This document shows, in pieces, positions 27,441 to 37,836 of a stretch of 53,600 nucleotides of DNA (its first letter is position 1; every line of letters starts with the position of its first letter). The notes under the pieces are model-generated. The model had not been told where the DNA came from. It did no database searches and worked only from the letters and a program-made list of their open reading frames with translations. This stretch comes from a virus (Duplodnaviria; Caudoviricetes). The stretch lies in IMG/VR virus record IMGVR_UViG_3300047563_000009, positions 1 to 53,600 of that record. One strand, written 5' to 3'. The position numbers and the translations under genes are program-made.

Positions 27441-27616
27441 GTTCTTTATTCCCGGAAATAAAATACTTCCTGCATCGTCCCGTAATCGAAGACAGTTCCT
27501 TATGTCGTTTATGCGAACTTCAAGATGGAACCTATTCGGTTATGGACTTGTTGACATTCCATGATATCCTCGACCTTCGTAAGAAGCTTGAACCAGTAGA
27601 AGAAACTAATGGCTAA
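27344..27616 (+). CDS. tail assembly chaperone extension (T-like, -1 frameshift)
   Basis: -1 frame open from the slippery site; RPV...LCELQDGTYSVMDL..FHDILD. Confidence 0.7.
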   Translation, partial: QARARNQRTETVGGGGSIQAGTAEEFESGEDLSSLFPEIKYFLHRPVIEDSSLCRLCELQDGTYSVMDLLTFHDILDLRKKLEPVEETNG

Positions 27617-30600
27617 TTTAAAAGAATTAATGCGCATGTCTGCCGACGATTTAATTGTCATGGGTGCGCAAGTAGGGCTTACGTTCCATACTGGTATGAA
27701 GAAGTCTCATATGGCAAGTCAACTTGCTCAGAGTGCTGCTTCTGGATGGATGGATGTTAATGCAGGTTTGATGGGCGGTGTTGCAGAAGATGAATCCTTT
27801 GGTGGTTCGTTTGGTGACGCCTCCATGATTTCAGATGCTGCTCATGTAGCTCAGATGATTTCTGGTGCTGGATATACAGAAGCTTTTCATCACGCAATGG
27901 GTGGTGGACAATCCCACCATGTAGAAGCAGTTCATTCATATATGAACTCGCTTGGCGTAAGTGCTGACGATGTTTGGATGCACATGCCAAAACCAAATCC
28001 GAATATGCCAACTGGTCATTTCGGTATGTTGAACGCATATCTGCGAGATACATTATCCGGTCATCAAGATATTATGCCGGAAATCGCTGGTCACTATACT
28101 GGTGACATCATGGGCGAGTATGCAACAAACAAAGGTGGAATTCAGGCGTCGTATGAGCATTTGGCTCATATGTATGTTGACAAGTCCCAGTATCGTATGG
28201 AGCATGTATACAACGATGATGTTGTACGTGTTGCAACGAGACTCGCAAATAGCATGGGGCATTCGTTTTCAGAGGTGGCATTCTCTGCTGCCAATGGTGC
28301 TCGCACTTCTTACATGTCTACGTTGCCTCATTTGGGTGACCCTTCTATAGTTGGTGACGTAGCTCACCCTCGTGCTGCACTTAATGCCTCTGGTCTTCCA
28401 ATGGGTGCAATTGGTTCTGGTGTTAATCCAGAGTACTCCTTAACTGCATCATTGACTGGTACTCCGGGATGGAGTCCTGCAAGTAAAGAATTGCATTCAA
28501 GTATCTCAGAATCTGTTAAGTCGTTAGCTGGTGTATACCGCGGCGACACAGGGATGAGTTTGGACAAGCATGTCTACAGTGACCGAGAAGCTGTAATGGA
28601 TTCTGCCTCCCGTTATGCAGACATTATGGATGTTCGTGAACGATACAATGCTCAGGATAACCCTTCATATTCCGCATCAACCATTCGTAACTTAATTAAT
28701 GGCACAAATGATTTTGATGATGAAGAAAACTATCCGGCAGGTTACGCACAAGGTCGTGCAATAGACCCAAGATTTAGAACTTTTGCAATGCAGAAAGAAG
28801 ATGTTGCAGAGCCGGGAAGTACTGCATTCTCCGCAGACTTCAACGAACCAACAAGTTGGAACTCAGCTCGCGCACGTCGTGAAAGTATTGCAATTTCAAA
28901 CTTCGATTCAATCCCTTGGCGTGATATTGAGAACGAAGGTACTGGTGTAAGATACCATAATAGTCTTGAACAGGGTACCAAAGAATGGCACGACATGAGG
29001 AACAAGTATGACATTACTGGTTCTACAGTGGGTGTGTACTTAGGTAATAGCAGCATATCAAGACCGTGGGAAGGGTTGATTGATAAACTTGGTATGCAGC
29101 GTGGCCCAGGAAGTAAGAATGCATGGACGGAAGAAACATTTGCAAAGGGACATGAATCAGAAGCTGCTGCTCGTCCAAGAGTAAGTTCGCAATTCGGTTT
29201 CGATATTAAAGAGGTTGGTGCGATAACCAACTCACAATATCCTAATATGATGTATTCTCCAGATGGGTTAATAGGTGATGACGCTCTTTGGGAACACAAG
29301 AATCCTTGGCGTGCTAACAAGTTTTCTGACCTTAATGCTGGCGAGCATCCAGACTACATGGACCAAGTTCAATTGGGCATGCTTATTTCTGGCCGTTCGC
29401 GTACTCTGTTCTCTCAATCTTTGGGAGAAGAAACAAGAAGTCAATGGATTGAAAGGGATGAAGGCTGGTACGACCGCAATAAAAGTCGCCTTGATTCTAT
29501 TGCTGGCCGCTTGGCTGCTGGCAGACAGTACCTTGAAGACAATCCCGGCGAAGTAAACGATAAAGAGCGCATTAATGGTGCTCGTGCTGCGATGATGGGG
29601 GAGGGTATCTGGAAGGATGTTAGACAACGTTCTGACAGAGGATTCTCTGCAAGTGCTGGCACTGCGAGCGACCCTTTTGCCCGCACAGGTTCTTCGTTTA
29701 ATGAAAGTGCTGGCAACGGATATGTTCCAAACTTCACAATGCCTGAACAAAACTTTCCTGCTGTAGTTGGAAGTGGTAACTCTGGAACCGAGTTAATGGC
29801 GCAAGCTGTTAAAGAAGGTATCTTAGGTGCTCAGGAAGAAAACAGACAGAAGCGTACTGGTGGTGGAACCTCTTCAACCGGGCCAGAAGAAGACGCAGAC
29901 TTTGACGGCTTAGGTAATCCTCGTGGTTGGTCACGTCGCAGATTCGATGAAGCAACCAGTGACGGCGGTTCTGGTGGCGGTCGTCGTCCTCCTAACAAGG
30001 GAGGCAGTTTCTATGATGATTTTGGAAGGGCTGGTGGTGCTTTGGCTGCTGGCGTTGCTGGTGGCAGTCTTTCGTCTTTAAGTGGTGGAGCAATGCAAGC
30101 TCTCATGGCTACGCCGTGGGGACGTATTGCTGGTATGGGTATTGGTGCTGTATCAATTGGTGCAGAGGCAATTGAAGGAATGAATGACTTTGTTGGTTCG
30201 GCATTGGATGCTGGCTTAACAAATGCAAATGAATATTCCTCAATTAGTCAGGGCATGGAAATGCTTGGTGCTAACCAACAACAAGCTGCCCGATTAAATC
30301 AAACCACACATAGTGCCTACAACACAATGTTGAATGGCGACCCCAGCGGCGCTATACGCATCGTGCAGGGAACCCGTGGCCTAGTAACCATTGGCGACAT
30401 TCGTTCGGCAGAGGGCGACCCAGTTGCCCTAGCGCGAGTTATTCAGGAAAGGGGACGTGAGCGCGGTTGGTCTATGGCAAGGATTGCCGGGGCAATGGAA
30501 ATGGCTGGCCTCAATGGTATGGCTCGCTCATATGTCCGACCAGAGCGCCAGAGCGGGGCAGAGGAAGTGGTTCAGAGTGGCAGGGATGCAGATGTGGGGG

Positions 30601-31310
30601 AAAGTGAAGCGGCCTTCCTTGACGCGAATGCGGAACGCTCACGCCTATCTCCTACCTACCTTGTGCCACAAAGTGCGCTTCAATATGGTGGTGGCATTGC
30701 AAGAGGTGTTGCAAATGGAGTCCGTGAAGGTCGTGAAAACGTAAGTGAAGTTGCTGGAAACATTCATGACTTTATTGCTGGTGCTGAGTCTGGAAATAAT
30801 CCTCTGGCTCGTAGTACAACTTCTTCTGCATTTGGTTCTATGCAAACGTTAGAGGGAACTAGACGTGACCCAGGATTTGGTGTCCGTCCTGCTAAGAACA
30901 ATTCGCCAGAAGAGGCTGCTCGTGTTGGTCGTGATTATTATGACGCGATGTATAATCGTTATAAAGACCACGACAAGGCAATGGCTGCTTACACAGATGG
31001 GCCAGGAACTGTTGATGCTGCTATTAAGAATCATGGTTCGGATTGGTTAACCTATATGCCAGCACAAGCGAAAGCTCGTGTGGATAAATTCCATAAGTGG
31101 CAAGAACAAGGTAACACAATCAATGAAGGTGCAACTGGCTTTACTCGCAATGGCATGTCCTATGGACAGACGTCGGCACCAACTGTGGTGAACGTTAATA
31201 TTAATGCGAAAGTAAATAACCAGAACGCAACTGCAACTGTATCAACTCCTAATGGTCAGTCTGTAACTCAGACTATGAACATGGGCAATGGTGCAATGCA
31301 ACGTCGTTAA
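27609..31310 (+). CDS. tape-measure-position protein with internal YqaJ/lambda-exonuclease-like domain and C-terminal lytic transglycosylase
   Basis: Follows chaperones; QGTKEWHDMR..ITGS, GHESE, SPDG, EHK, YxxQVQ; AESG..AFGSMQ..AAYTDGPG. Confidence 0.8.
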   Translation: MANLKELMRMSADDLIVMGAQVGLTFHTGMKKSHMASQLAQSAASGWMDVNAGLMGGVAEDESFGGSFGDASMISDAAHVAQMISGAGYTEAFHHAMGGGQSHHVEAVHSYMNSLGVSADDVWMHMPKPNPNMPTGHFGMLNAYLRDTLSGHQDIMPEIAGHYTGDIMGEYATNKGGIQASYEHLAHMYVDKSQYRMEHVYNDDVVRVATRLANSMGHSFSEVAFSAANGARTSYMSTLPHLGDPSIVGDVAHPRAALNASGLPMGAIGSGVNPEYSLTASLTGTPGWSPASKELHSSISESVKSLAGVYRGDTGMSLDKHVYSDREAVMDSASRYADIMDVRERYNAQDNPSYSASTIRNLINGTNDFDDEENYPAGYAQGRAIDPRFRTFAMQKEDVAEPGSTAFSADFNEPTSWNSARARRESIAISNFDSIPWRDIENEGTGVRYHNSLEQGTKEWHDMRNKYDITGSTVGVYLGNSSISRPWEGLIDKLGMQRGPGSKNAWTEETFAKGHESEAAARPRVSSQFGFDIKEVGAITNSQYPNMMYSPDGLIGDDALWEHKNPWRANKFSDLNAGEHPDYMDQVQLGMLISGRSRTLFSQSLGEETRSQWIERDEGWYDRNKSRLDSIAGRLAAGRQYLEDNPGEVNDKERINGARAAMMGEGIWKDVRQRSDRGFSASAGTASDPFARTGSSFNESAGNGYVPNFTMPEQNFPAVVGSGNSGTELMAQAVKEGILGAQEENRQKRTGGGTSSTGPEEDADFDGLGNPRGWSRRRFDEATSDGGSGGGRRPPNKGGSFYDDFGRAGGALAAGVAGGSLSSLSGGAMQALMATPWGRIAGMGIGAVSIGAEAIEGMNDFVGSALDAGLTNANEYSSISQGMEMLGANQQQAARLNQTTHSAYNTMLNGDPSGAIRIVQGTRGLVTIGDIRSAEGDPVALARVIQERGRERGWSMARIAGAMEMAGLNGMARSYVRPERQSGAEEVVQSGRDADVGESEAAFLDANAERSRLSPTYLVPQSALQYGGGIARGVANGVREGRENVSEVAGNIHDFIAGAESGNNPLARSTTSSAFGSMQTLEGTRRDPGFGVRPAKNNSPEEAARVGRDYYDAMYNRYKDHDKAMAAYTDGPGTVDAAIKNHGSDWLTYMPAQAKARVDKFHKWQEQGNTINEGATGFTRNGMSYGQTSAPTVVNVNINAKVNNQNATATVSTPNGQSVTQTMNMGNGAMQRR

Positions 31311-31314
31311 GAAT

Positions 31315-31343
31315 GGTGTCGGGATTCGTCCCGGCATCTACTT
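31315..31343 (+). terminator. hairpin / terminator after tape measure gene
   Basis: GGTGTCGGGA-TTCG-TCCCGGCATC then TACTT. Confidence 0.55.
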
Positions 31344-31385
31344 AAACTTTAGTTGAGTATGTATTAATTTCAATAGGTATATGCA

Positions 31386-32483
31386 ATGCCGTGGATGCGC
31401 AGAGTTGAAGTAATAGTTACACGAAAGGATGACCCAGATGAGAAAACCATTTTCAATGCACATCGTATTGATTTTGAGGTTCGCTCAACTGTAGGTTGGC
31501 CAGCTGATACAGCAAACATAACTCTGTTTAACCTTGCTCTTGAAGAAGTTAAATTCCTACAGAACAAGAACTTCGGAGATATGTATATTGAAATTCGTGC
31601 TGGATATACAGAAGATGAACGTGGCGTTTCAGGTGGTGGTGTCAATAATTATGTTGATACCAAAAGCAAATCCGAAACAAGGATTGCAATTACAAACACA
31701 CTTCCAACAATCTTCTCTGGAATAATTACAAATGCTGTAGGTTATCGAAGACCTCCAGAACATGTCACACAATTGTTTTGTATTTCGAAGGCGTATGGTG
31801 CATCAACTGATTTTATTCAGATGAAAAAGATTCCACCAAACACCAAACTCATTGATGCAATTAGGTCAATGTGCACTGACTATGGGTTCGGCACTATCTC
31901 AACATTCGGTGTTGAAGATTCCGTACTTCAAACTAATATGCCTCGTGGGCGCGTCTTCCATGACACATTCTTGGAAGAGTTTAAGAAAATGCTGGGAGAG
32001 TATAATTTACTATTCTCAGTAACAACTGGTGAAATACAAATCTTCCCTGATACGTTTGGGGATAAAGATGCTGTAGACCGAATGTCCAAAGACAGGGAGC
32101 CAATCAAGCTTGATGCTAACCAAGTTATTGGGAATCCAGTTGCAGGAATTTGCACATACACCCTAAACACTTTCCTCAACCCATCTTTCCAACCGGGGAT
32201 GATTCTGGATGTGTCACCACTTCTTGGCAAAGAGTTGTTGGTAAATGGCGTGACCTCAATAACTGGTCAGGGCATTCTTTTAAATACAGACCAATCTGTA
32301 TTCCGTTGGGCGATGGAAGATAAGTATTTTATAACAGAAGTTGTCCATCATGGCTCTACTCACTCAATCGACTATCAAACTTCTGTAACTGCGTTGCTTG
32401 GTGGTAATACAGCAATGGGTGGTAAGGAAGCAAGTTGGCAACAAATGTATGCCAATAGTGGAATGGCAATGGAGTCATTTTAA
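31386..32483 (+). CDS. baseplate hub protein
   Basis: A.ITLFNL...IRAGY...IFSG pattern; synteny. Confidence 0.72.
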   Translation: MPWMRRVEVIVTRKDDPDEKTIFNAHRIDFEVRSTVGWPADTANITLFNLALEEVKFLQNKNFGDMYIEIRAGYTEDERGVSGGGVNNYVDTKSKSETRIAITNTLPTIFSGIITNAVGYRRPPEHVTQLFCISKAYGASTDFIQMKKIPPNTKLIDAIRSMCTDYGFGTISTFGVEDSVLQTNMPRGRVFHDTFLEEFKKMLGEYNLLFSVTTGEIQIFPDTFGDKDAVDRMSKDREPIKLDANQVIGNPVAGICTYTLNTFLNPSFQPGMILDVSPLLGKELLVNGVTSITGQGILLNTDQSVFRWAMEDKYFITEVVHHGSTHSIDYQTSVTALLGGNTAMGGKEASWQQMYANSGMAMESF

Positions 32484-33364
32484 TGTCAATATTTGATACA
32501 GACTTGCTTGGTGAAGGGATTAGCAATCTCACAAGTAAGTTTCATTATGGGCCACACCCTTCCGTTATCATGTGGTCGAATGGTCCTGCACCACAGAAGA
32601 AAGAAGAAGGATTCTTTGGAGGCACTGCTTCTGCATTGGAGAGCCTTGTATCTTCTAATACTCCGGAGAGTTTCAACTCCTTTAAGTTTGATGCAATGGT
32701 CAGTGAAGAACATGAATCACAATCCATTGTTACAAAGTTTCCTGTCAGTTCTGGTTTCTTAGTCAGTGACCATGTTATCAACCAAAACCGTGTATTGAAA
32801 CTTACAGCGGTTGCTGTGAATATGCAGAACTCCTCAATGTGGTCTGCATCTGTCCAAGGTCTGTCAGTGGCAACTGGTGCGATATTCAATAACCCAATCA
32901 TACCATTAATTGGTGGTGTGGCTGGTGGCGTTGCCTCTGCGTTTGAGACAAGTGACCGAATCCAATCTACCTATAAGTTGTTCAATGATTTCAGAACAAC
33001 AGGGCAGAAACTTTATATCTCCACAATTCTTGGACCTTATTTGAATTGTGTTGTTGTTTCTGTTAAAGCAAAGACTGACAAGATGACAAGCGCAATGCTG
33101 TCAGTTGAAATCTTATTGGAAGAGTTGCAGGTGATTGGTGATGACGTACTTGCAAATGAAGCCCGTAAAGCAATGCAGTCAATGTCGGACTATTCAGAGT
33201 TCGCAAAGATTGCCCAAAGTTTGGGTATGGGTGTTCTTGGTGGTGTTGCTTTACCTGGCCTTGGTGCCATTGGTGACAGCCCTACTAAGCAACTTGCTAC
33301 ACTGAAAGATAAGTTGGCTAAACTTTCTTCTCCTCTATCTTCTGTTAAAGGTCGTCTGATATGA
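32483..33364 (+). CDS. Dit-like / tail tube initiator baseplate protein
   Basis: FDAMVSEEH....VTKFPV.SG..VSDH motif. Confidence 0.7.
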   Translation: MSIFDTDLLGEGISNLTSKFHYGPHPSVIMWSNGPAPQKKEEGFFGGTASALESLVSSNTPESFNSFKFDAMVSEEHESQSIVTKFPVSSGFLVSDHVINQNRVLKLTAVAVNMQNSSMWSASVQGLSVATGAIFNNPIIPLIGGVAGGVASAFETSDRIQSTYKLFNDFRTTGQKLYISTILGPYLNCVVVSVKAKTDKMTSAMLSVEILLEELQVIGDDVLANEARKAMQSMSDYSEFAKIAQSLGMGVLGGVALPGLGAIGDSPTKQLATLKDKLAKLSSPLSSVKGRLI

Positions 33365-33723
33365 TTCGTGATGAACAACAAGCATTAAAAGATATTGCCA
33401 AGTTGCTCCCAAACGGTTATGTGAAGACTATTCCTTTTGATACTTCGAAAGATGTCTCATTTGAGTTTGCTGGCGTTACAGTTAAAATGTCAGCTCTTTA
33501 TTTGAATGAGTATCTTAACTGCTACATGTTTGATTTGGCTTGGGGTTCCACAGATAAAATCTATGGTATCCCTGTCAGGTGTGGTTTGGATATTCTCCAA
33601 CAATATAAAACACCTCTTCCAAACATGTATGCGTCGAATACAATATTTCCGGGACAGGAAGTAACAAGCTGGCGTCAACTATTTCTTTTCATAATTGATG
33701 AGAGTGTGCTCGAACGTGGCTAG
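33361..33723 (+). CDS. small baseplate protein
   Basis: Synteny; GIPVRCGLDILQQY. Confidence 0.6.
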   Translation: MIRDEQQALKDIAKLLPNGYVKTIPFDTSKDVSFEFAGVTVKMSALYLNEYLNCYMFDLAWGSTDKIYGIPVRCGLDILQQYKTPLPNMYASNTIFPGQEVTSWRQLFLFIIDESVLERG

Positions 33724-34510
33724 TCATAACAACAACCAAAATGCCCCAGATATTAACACAAGCTATCCGGGGTTTATTTATAACTTCGACCCCGATTCTC
33801 AAACTTGTGAAGTTCAACTTGCAATCGAAAACCTGTTTATCGGTTATGTAGATGCATATAAGGTTGAGCCAAAACAAAGATTGCAGAAGGTCCCTGTTAA
33901 GTTTACTCAGGGCGGTGGTTGGTACTTTACTCACCCTGTTCCAGATGGAACTCCTTGCATGGTTGATTTCGCACAACGTGGGATTGACCACTGGCTGTTC
34001 GAGGCTAAAGATTCTGCGGGTATGGTTGGAAACAAACCTGCTCCAGCATTCAGTCAATTGTTTTCACATGAGAGTGCAACATGCACAGTCGGGACGCAGC
34101 CAATCCCAAAAGCTATTCCAGGATTCGTTAATGACGTAATGGAACTCCGCAACGCCGACAGAAGTCAAAGACTGACGCTACATAAAAATGGGCAGGTCGA
34201 GATTATTACAGGTGCTGCAAAGATAACTATCACGAAAGATTCGGAGATAACCATTGAGGCTACGTCGAAAGCAACTGTTAAAGCGCCGACGATTACTTTG
34301 GATGGCGACACGACTGTTACCAAATCCTTAACGGTGCAAGGTGGCATGGCTGTATCAGGTGGTACTGGTGCTTCAATGTCTGTAACTGGTAACATCACCT
34401 ATACAGGCAATATGACGCAGAATGGTACGTTCACGTTAAATGGTATTGTTGTTAACACTCATAAACACACTAACCCAGAAGGCGGCGATGTTGGGCCGAT
34501 GAAATCATAA
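33716..34510 (+). CDS. baseplate central spike
   Basis: OB-fold-like N-terminus, beta-helix repeats, C-terminal HKH metal motif; GTG start. Confidence 0.85.
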   Translation: MASHNNNQNAPDINTSYPGFIYNFDPDSQTCEVQLAIENLFIGYVDAYKVEPKQRLQKVPVKFTQGGGWYFTHPVPDGTPCMVDFAQRGIDHWLFEAKDSAGMVGNKPAPAFSQLFSHESATCTVGTQPIPKAIPGFVNDVMELRNADRSQRLTLHKNGQVEIITGAAKITITKDSEITIEATSKATVKAPTITLDGDTTVTKSLTVQGGMAVSGGTGASMSVTGNITYTGNMTQNGTFTLNGIVVNTHKHTNPEGGDVGPMKS

Positions 34511-34881
34511 TGGCTGGAAACTTAGCTCTTGATTCCAACCACGACATTATTATCGGGCGTGGAGCAACTCGTATTGAGGGTGCTCCACAAGTTGCGCAGT
34601 TGGTTAAATGCCGACTGCTAACTCTGCTTGGTGAATGGAAGCAGGATACAAGTCTTGGCTTGCCGTGGTTTACTGGAATCTTTACCAAAAACGTAAGACC
34701 TTCCGACATACAGGCAGCTCTTGCAAACATCATACGTTCTACTAACGGTGTTCAACAGTTAATTGATATACAAATTACTCCCGATTTTAGAGCACGTATG
34801 CTAACCATTTCATTCGTAGCCATTTCTGACTATGGTGATATTTCGGAATTCGTTGAATGGCAACCATCCAATATGGTGTAA
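34510..34881 (+). CDS. baseplate wedge / sheath initiator (gp25-like)
   Basis: RLLTLLGEW..DTSLGLPW motif. Confidence 0.75.
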   Translation: MAGNLALDSNHDIIIGRGATRIEGAPQVAQLVKCRLLTLLGEWKQDTSLGLPWFTGIFTKNVRPSDIQAALANIIRSTNGVQQLIDIQITPDFRARMLTISFVAISDYGDISEFVEWQPSNMV

Positions 34882-36023
34882 CCGATTTAGGATTTGTGCG
34901 TAAACCACTTACCGCAATCCTTGATAGTTTGAATAATAAATTCACTGCTGAATTTGGTTCAAACTTCGATGTAAGTCCTGAGTCGCCAGACGGCCAAGTT
35001 ATCGGTGTAGTAGCTGATGAGATTGACCAATGCTGGAATCAGGCACAACAAGTATTTAACTCGTACCGTCCCGGTGCAGTTAGTGGAGTTGGTTTGGATA
35101 ACGTTTGTGAACTAACTGGCGCAGTTCGTTATGTTAACGAGCACTCAAGAGTGACAGTGGTCTGTGCTGGCACAGCCGGAGCAAGTGTTCCCGCAGGTTC
35201 ACAAGTTGGCGATGGAACTATGACGTTCACGCTTGACACGGATGTTATTCTTCCGGGGGATGTAACTGCTGTTGCGGATTCTGCCGGGGAATATTACATT
35301 GCACCAAACACAGTAACCAGAATAATCACAACTGGCATCCCTGACTGGACTGGTGTCAATAACCCAGATATTGGTACAACTGGTATTAACTATGAACCAG
35401 ACCCATCACTCCGAGCACGTCGTGACAAGACCACATCAATTTCAGGTTCAGCCACAGTCGAAGCAATCTATGCAGCACTCTCTGACCTTAATCTTGATTA
35501 CATTCGTATTCGTGATAATGATACCGGGGCTGCTATTGGCGCTCAGCCAGCGGGCACTGTCTTTGTTGTAGTTGACGGTGGTACCAAGAATGATATTGCT
35601 CGTCGCATTTATAATGCTAAGACTGGTGGTGTTCCAACATTTGGTACTGAGTCAATTGATATTGCAGATAGTAAAGGCTACCCGCACACTATTAAATTCA
35701 GTCGTTCAAGCAACACTGAAATATTTGTCAAGGGTACTTTCAAACGACGAACTGGTTCTAATGTAAGTTCCAATGATGCTGCCGAGTCTTTGCAGGAAGC
35801 AATGATTTCCTACCTGAATTCCCTGCAACCGGGTCAATCTGTTATTTGGTCTGAGCTATTCAAACCACTGATGGATGCAACAATGTATTTGGAAGTGGAT
35901 TCTTTATTCATTGGTCTTGCTGCAAATCCTACCGGGACTGCAACAATTGAACTGGACATTGACAAACGTGCTCATGGCACTGCTGCAAACATTGTCTTTA
36001 CAGATGTAACCGTAGGCCCATAA
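34857..36023 (+). CDS. baseplate J-like wedge protein
   Basis: GxGLD, VPAGS, EPD.SLRAR, VVVDGG motifs. Confidence 0.85.
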   Translation: MATIQYGVTDLGFVRKPLTAILDSLNNKFTAEFGSNFDVSPESPDGQVIGVVADEIDQCWNQAQQVFNSYRPGAVSGVGLDNVCELTGAVRYVNEHSRVTVVCAGTAGASVPAGSQVGDGTMTFTLDTDVILPGDVTAVADSAGEYYIAPNTVTRIITTGIPDWTGVNNPDIGTTGINYEPDPSLRARRDKTTSISGSATVEAIYAALSDLNLDYIRIRDNDTGAAIGAQPAGTVFVVVDGGTKNDIARRIYNAKTGGVPTFGTESIDIADSKGYPHTIKFSRSSNTEIFVKGTFKRRTGSNVSSNDAAESLQEAMISYLNSLQPGQSVIWSELFKPLMDATMYLEVDSLFIGLAANPTGTATIELDIDKRAHGTAANIVFTDVTVGP

Positions 36024-36031
36024 GGAATCAT

Positions 36032-36673
36032 ATGGCTGGAAAACACGGAACTGATATGCTTCTTTCACAGTATCAACACTCTGTGAACTTGAAGAAGTAT
36101 GTCAACATTTTTGTTTCAGAGTTTGAAGAAATACGTCAAGCTCAAGCTGACTCAATTAAATATCGTTATCTGGCTGATTCCTTCGGCATAATGGTTGATG
36201 ACGTTGCATACCTTGTTGGTGCAAGTCGAATCATTTATGGTGCTGCTGCACTTGGGTATTTTGGTTTCTACGATAACCCAGGTGCTTATCCTGCTGGTGA
36301 CGATAACGACCCAACAAAAGGTGGTGTTCTTCGCTCTGACTCTGATAAAGAGTCTGGAGACTTTGTTCGTACTGACGTCCAGTTGAAGAATGCTATTCGT
36401 GCCCGTATTGTTAAAATTATGGGCAACTGCAATATCGAACAGCTGATTAACTATGTTGAATTAGTGTTGGGACGAACGATTGACCTTGAGATTAAAGAAG
36501 GCAATCAAAAGATAGATTACATTGTGCATGGAACTTTGTCGATTGCTGAGAGAGTTCTTATGGCATACATGCTACCAGACTTTAAACCAGTTGGGATTTC
36601 AATATCTCTTGCAGATAACTCTGGCAACATTGCACTAGTGTATATCGCAAACGTATATCCGCCGGAGGAATAA
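36032..36673 (+). CDS. baseplate wedge protein (DUF2612-type)
   Basis: LLSQY, VG.SR, YFGF, C-terminal PVG; follows J. Confidence 0.72.
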   Translation: MAGKHGTDMLLSQYQHSVNLKKYVNIFVSEFEEIRQAQADSIKYRYLADSFGIMVDDVAYLVGASRIIYGAAALGYFGFYDNPGAYPAGDDNDPTKGGVLRSDSDKESGDFVRTDVQLKNAIRARIVKIMGNCNIEQLINYVELVLGRTIDLEIKEGNQKIDYIVHGTLSIAERVLMAYMLPDFKPVGISISLADNSGNIALVYIANVYPPEE

Positions 36674-37836
36674 TGACTCGTCGTTTACTTTACCCAACGT
36701 ATTGGGCATCTGGCGGTACTGCAACTGACCCAGATTTAGATACAACTGCACCAAGTTTTATTGCTGATAGATATGCCAAAATTGGTTGGGAATCTGAAAA
36801 GCCTCCAGAAGCTTGGCAAAACTTTCTAACTCAGATTTCTGACGAGAAAGTTATTAGCATGATGATTGATGGGTTATTGCAAAAGGATGCAAGCGTAACC
36901 TATCAGGAAGGTGCTTTATACAGAAGTGCAGATAAGTTCTACAGAATTGAAGGTGGTGTTGAGAAGGAAGTGCTTGACCCCAAGCGAGAAGTTTACGAGG
37001 GTTTAGTCGCTTCAATGAAGAAGCTCTATGACGACCACTTAGCTGCCGATAACCCACACCAAGATACAGTGGACACACTGGTCGATAAAAGTTACATCAA
37101 AACAGATGTTGATACAATGTTTGGAAGTCCTACCGACCCCAAAACAATTGTATATCACAAAGCACAAATGGGTGCTGGCGTTCATGGTGAAACTGCAACA
37201 TCAATTGGCTCACTTCCTGCTGCCACTGGTGGTACGTTCACTGGCGATGTAACCTTCTTAAATGAGGCAATCATTCAAGTAACGCCGTCTAAGTACATTC
37301 ACTACAACAAGGCCACAGCACTGTTTGAACTTGTGAATGGAACTATGGCGACGGGTGTGGATGCAAACGGAAATGGTTATATAGTTGGAACTGGTGGTGC
37401 TTCGCTAATGTTATCAGAGGCGAACATTGACCAACTTACAATCGAGTATAACCCATCTTTTGCACTTCCTGTTCCACTATTGAAGGCCAGTTGGAGGTCT
37501 GATTTAAGTGATGCCAATAGTGTTGGCATGTGGACTGTAGATACTCCAAATGCACCTGTGTTTAATGGTGGACTTCAAGTTGATAACAACGCAGCAATAC
37601 TCACATTTGATTCGTTCAATATTCCTGTAACTGTGCAAGTGCTTGTAAAGGAAGCAGACGGAACAAACAAATCCTACGTTGCAGATTTTACAACTTGGAC
37701 AAATGTGTCTAACACAAACAATCTTCAAACTATGGTTGCTGTTGCAATGAAGGGAACTAATCCAAAATACTTCCGTGAATATATTGTCTATCCACAATTG
37801 ACCGCACGTCAGAAAACAATGTTGGTAACTTCATAA
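36673..37836 (+). CDS. tail fiber protein 1
   Basis: WASGG...GW..EKPP N-terminal anchor; NPH and GGTFTG motifs. Confidence 0.75.
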   Translation: MTRRLLYPTYWASGGTATDPDLDTTAPSFIADRYAKIGWESEKPPEAWQNFLTQISDEKVISMMIDGLLQKDASVTYQEGALYRSADKFYRIEGGVEKEVLDPKREVYEGLVASMKKLYDDHLAADNPHQDTVDTLVDKSYIKTDVDTMFGSPTDPKTIVYHKAQMGAGVHGETATSIGSLPAATGGTFTGDVTFLNEAIIQVTPSKYIHYNKATALFELVNGTMATGVDANGNGYIVGTGGASLMLSEANIDQLTIEYNPSFALPVPLLKASWRSDLSDANSVGMWTVDTPNAPVFNGGLQVDNNAAILTFDSFNIPVTVQVLVKEADGTNKSYVADFTTWTNVSNTNNLQTMVAVAMKGTNPKYFREYIVYPQLTARQKTMLVTS

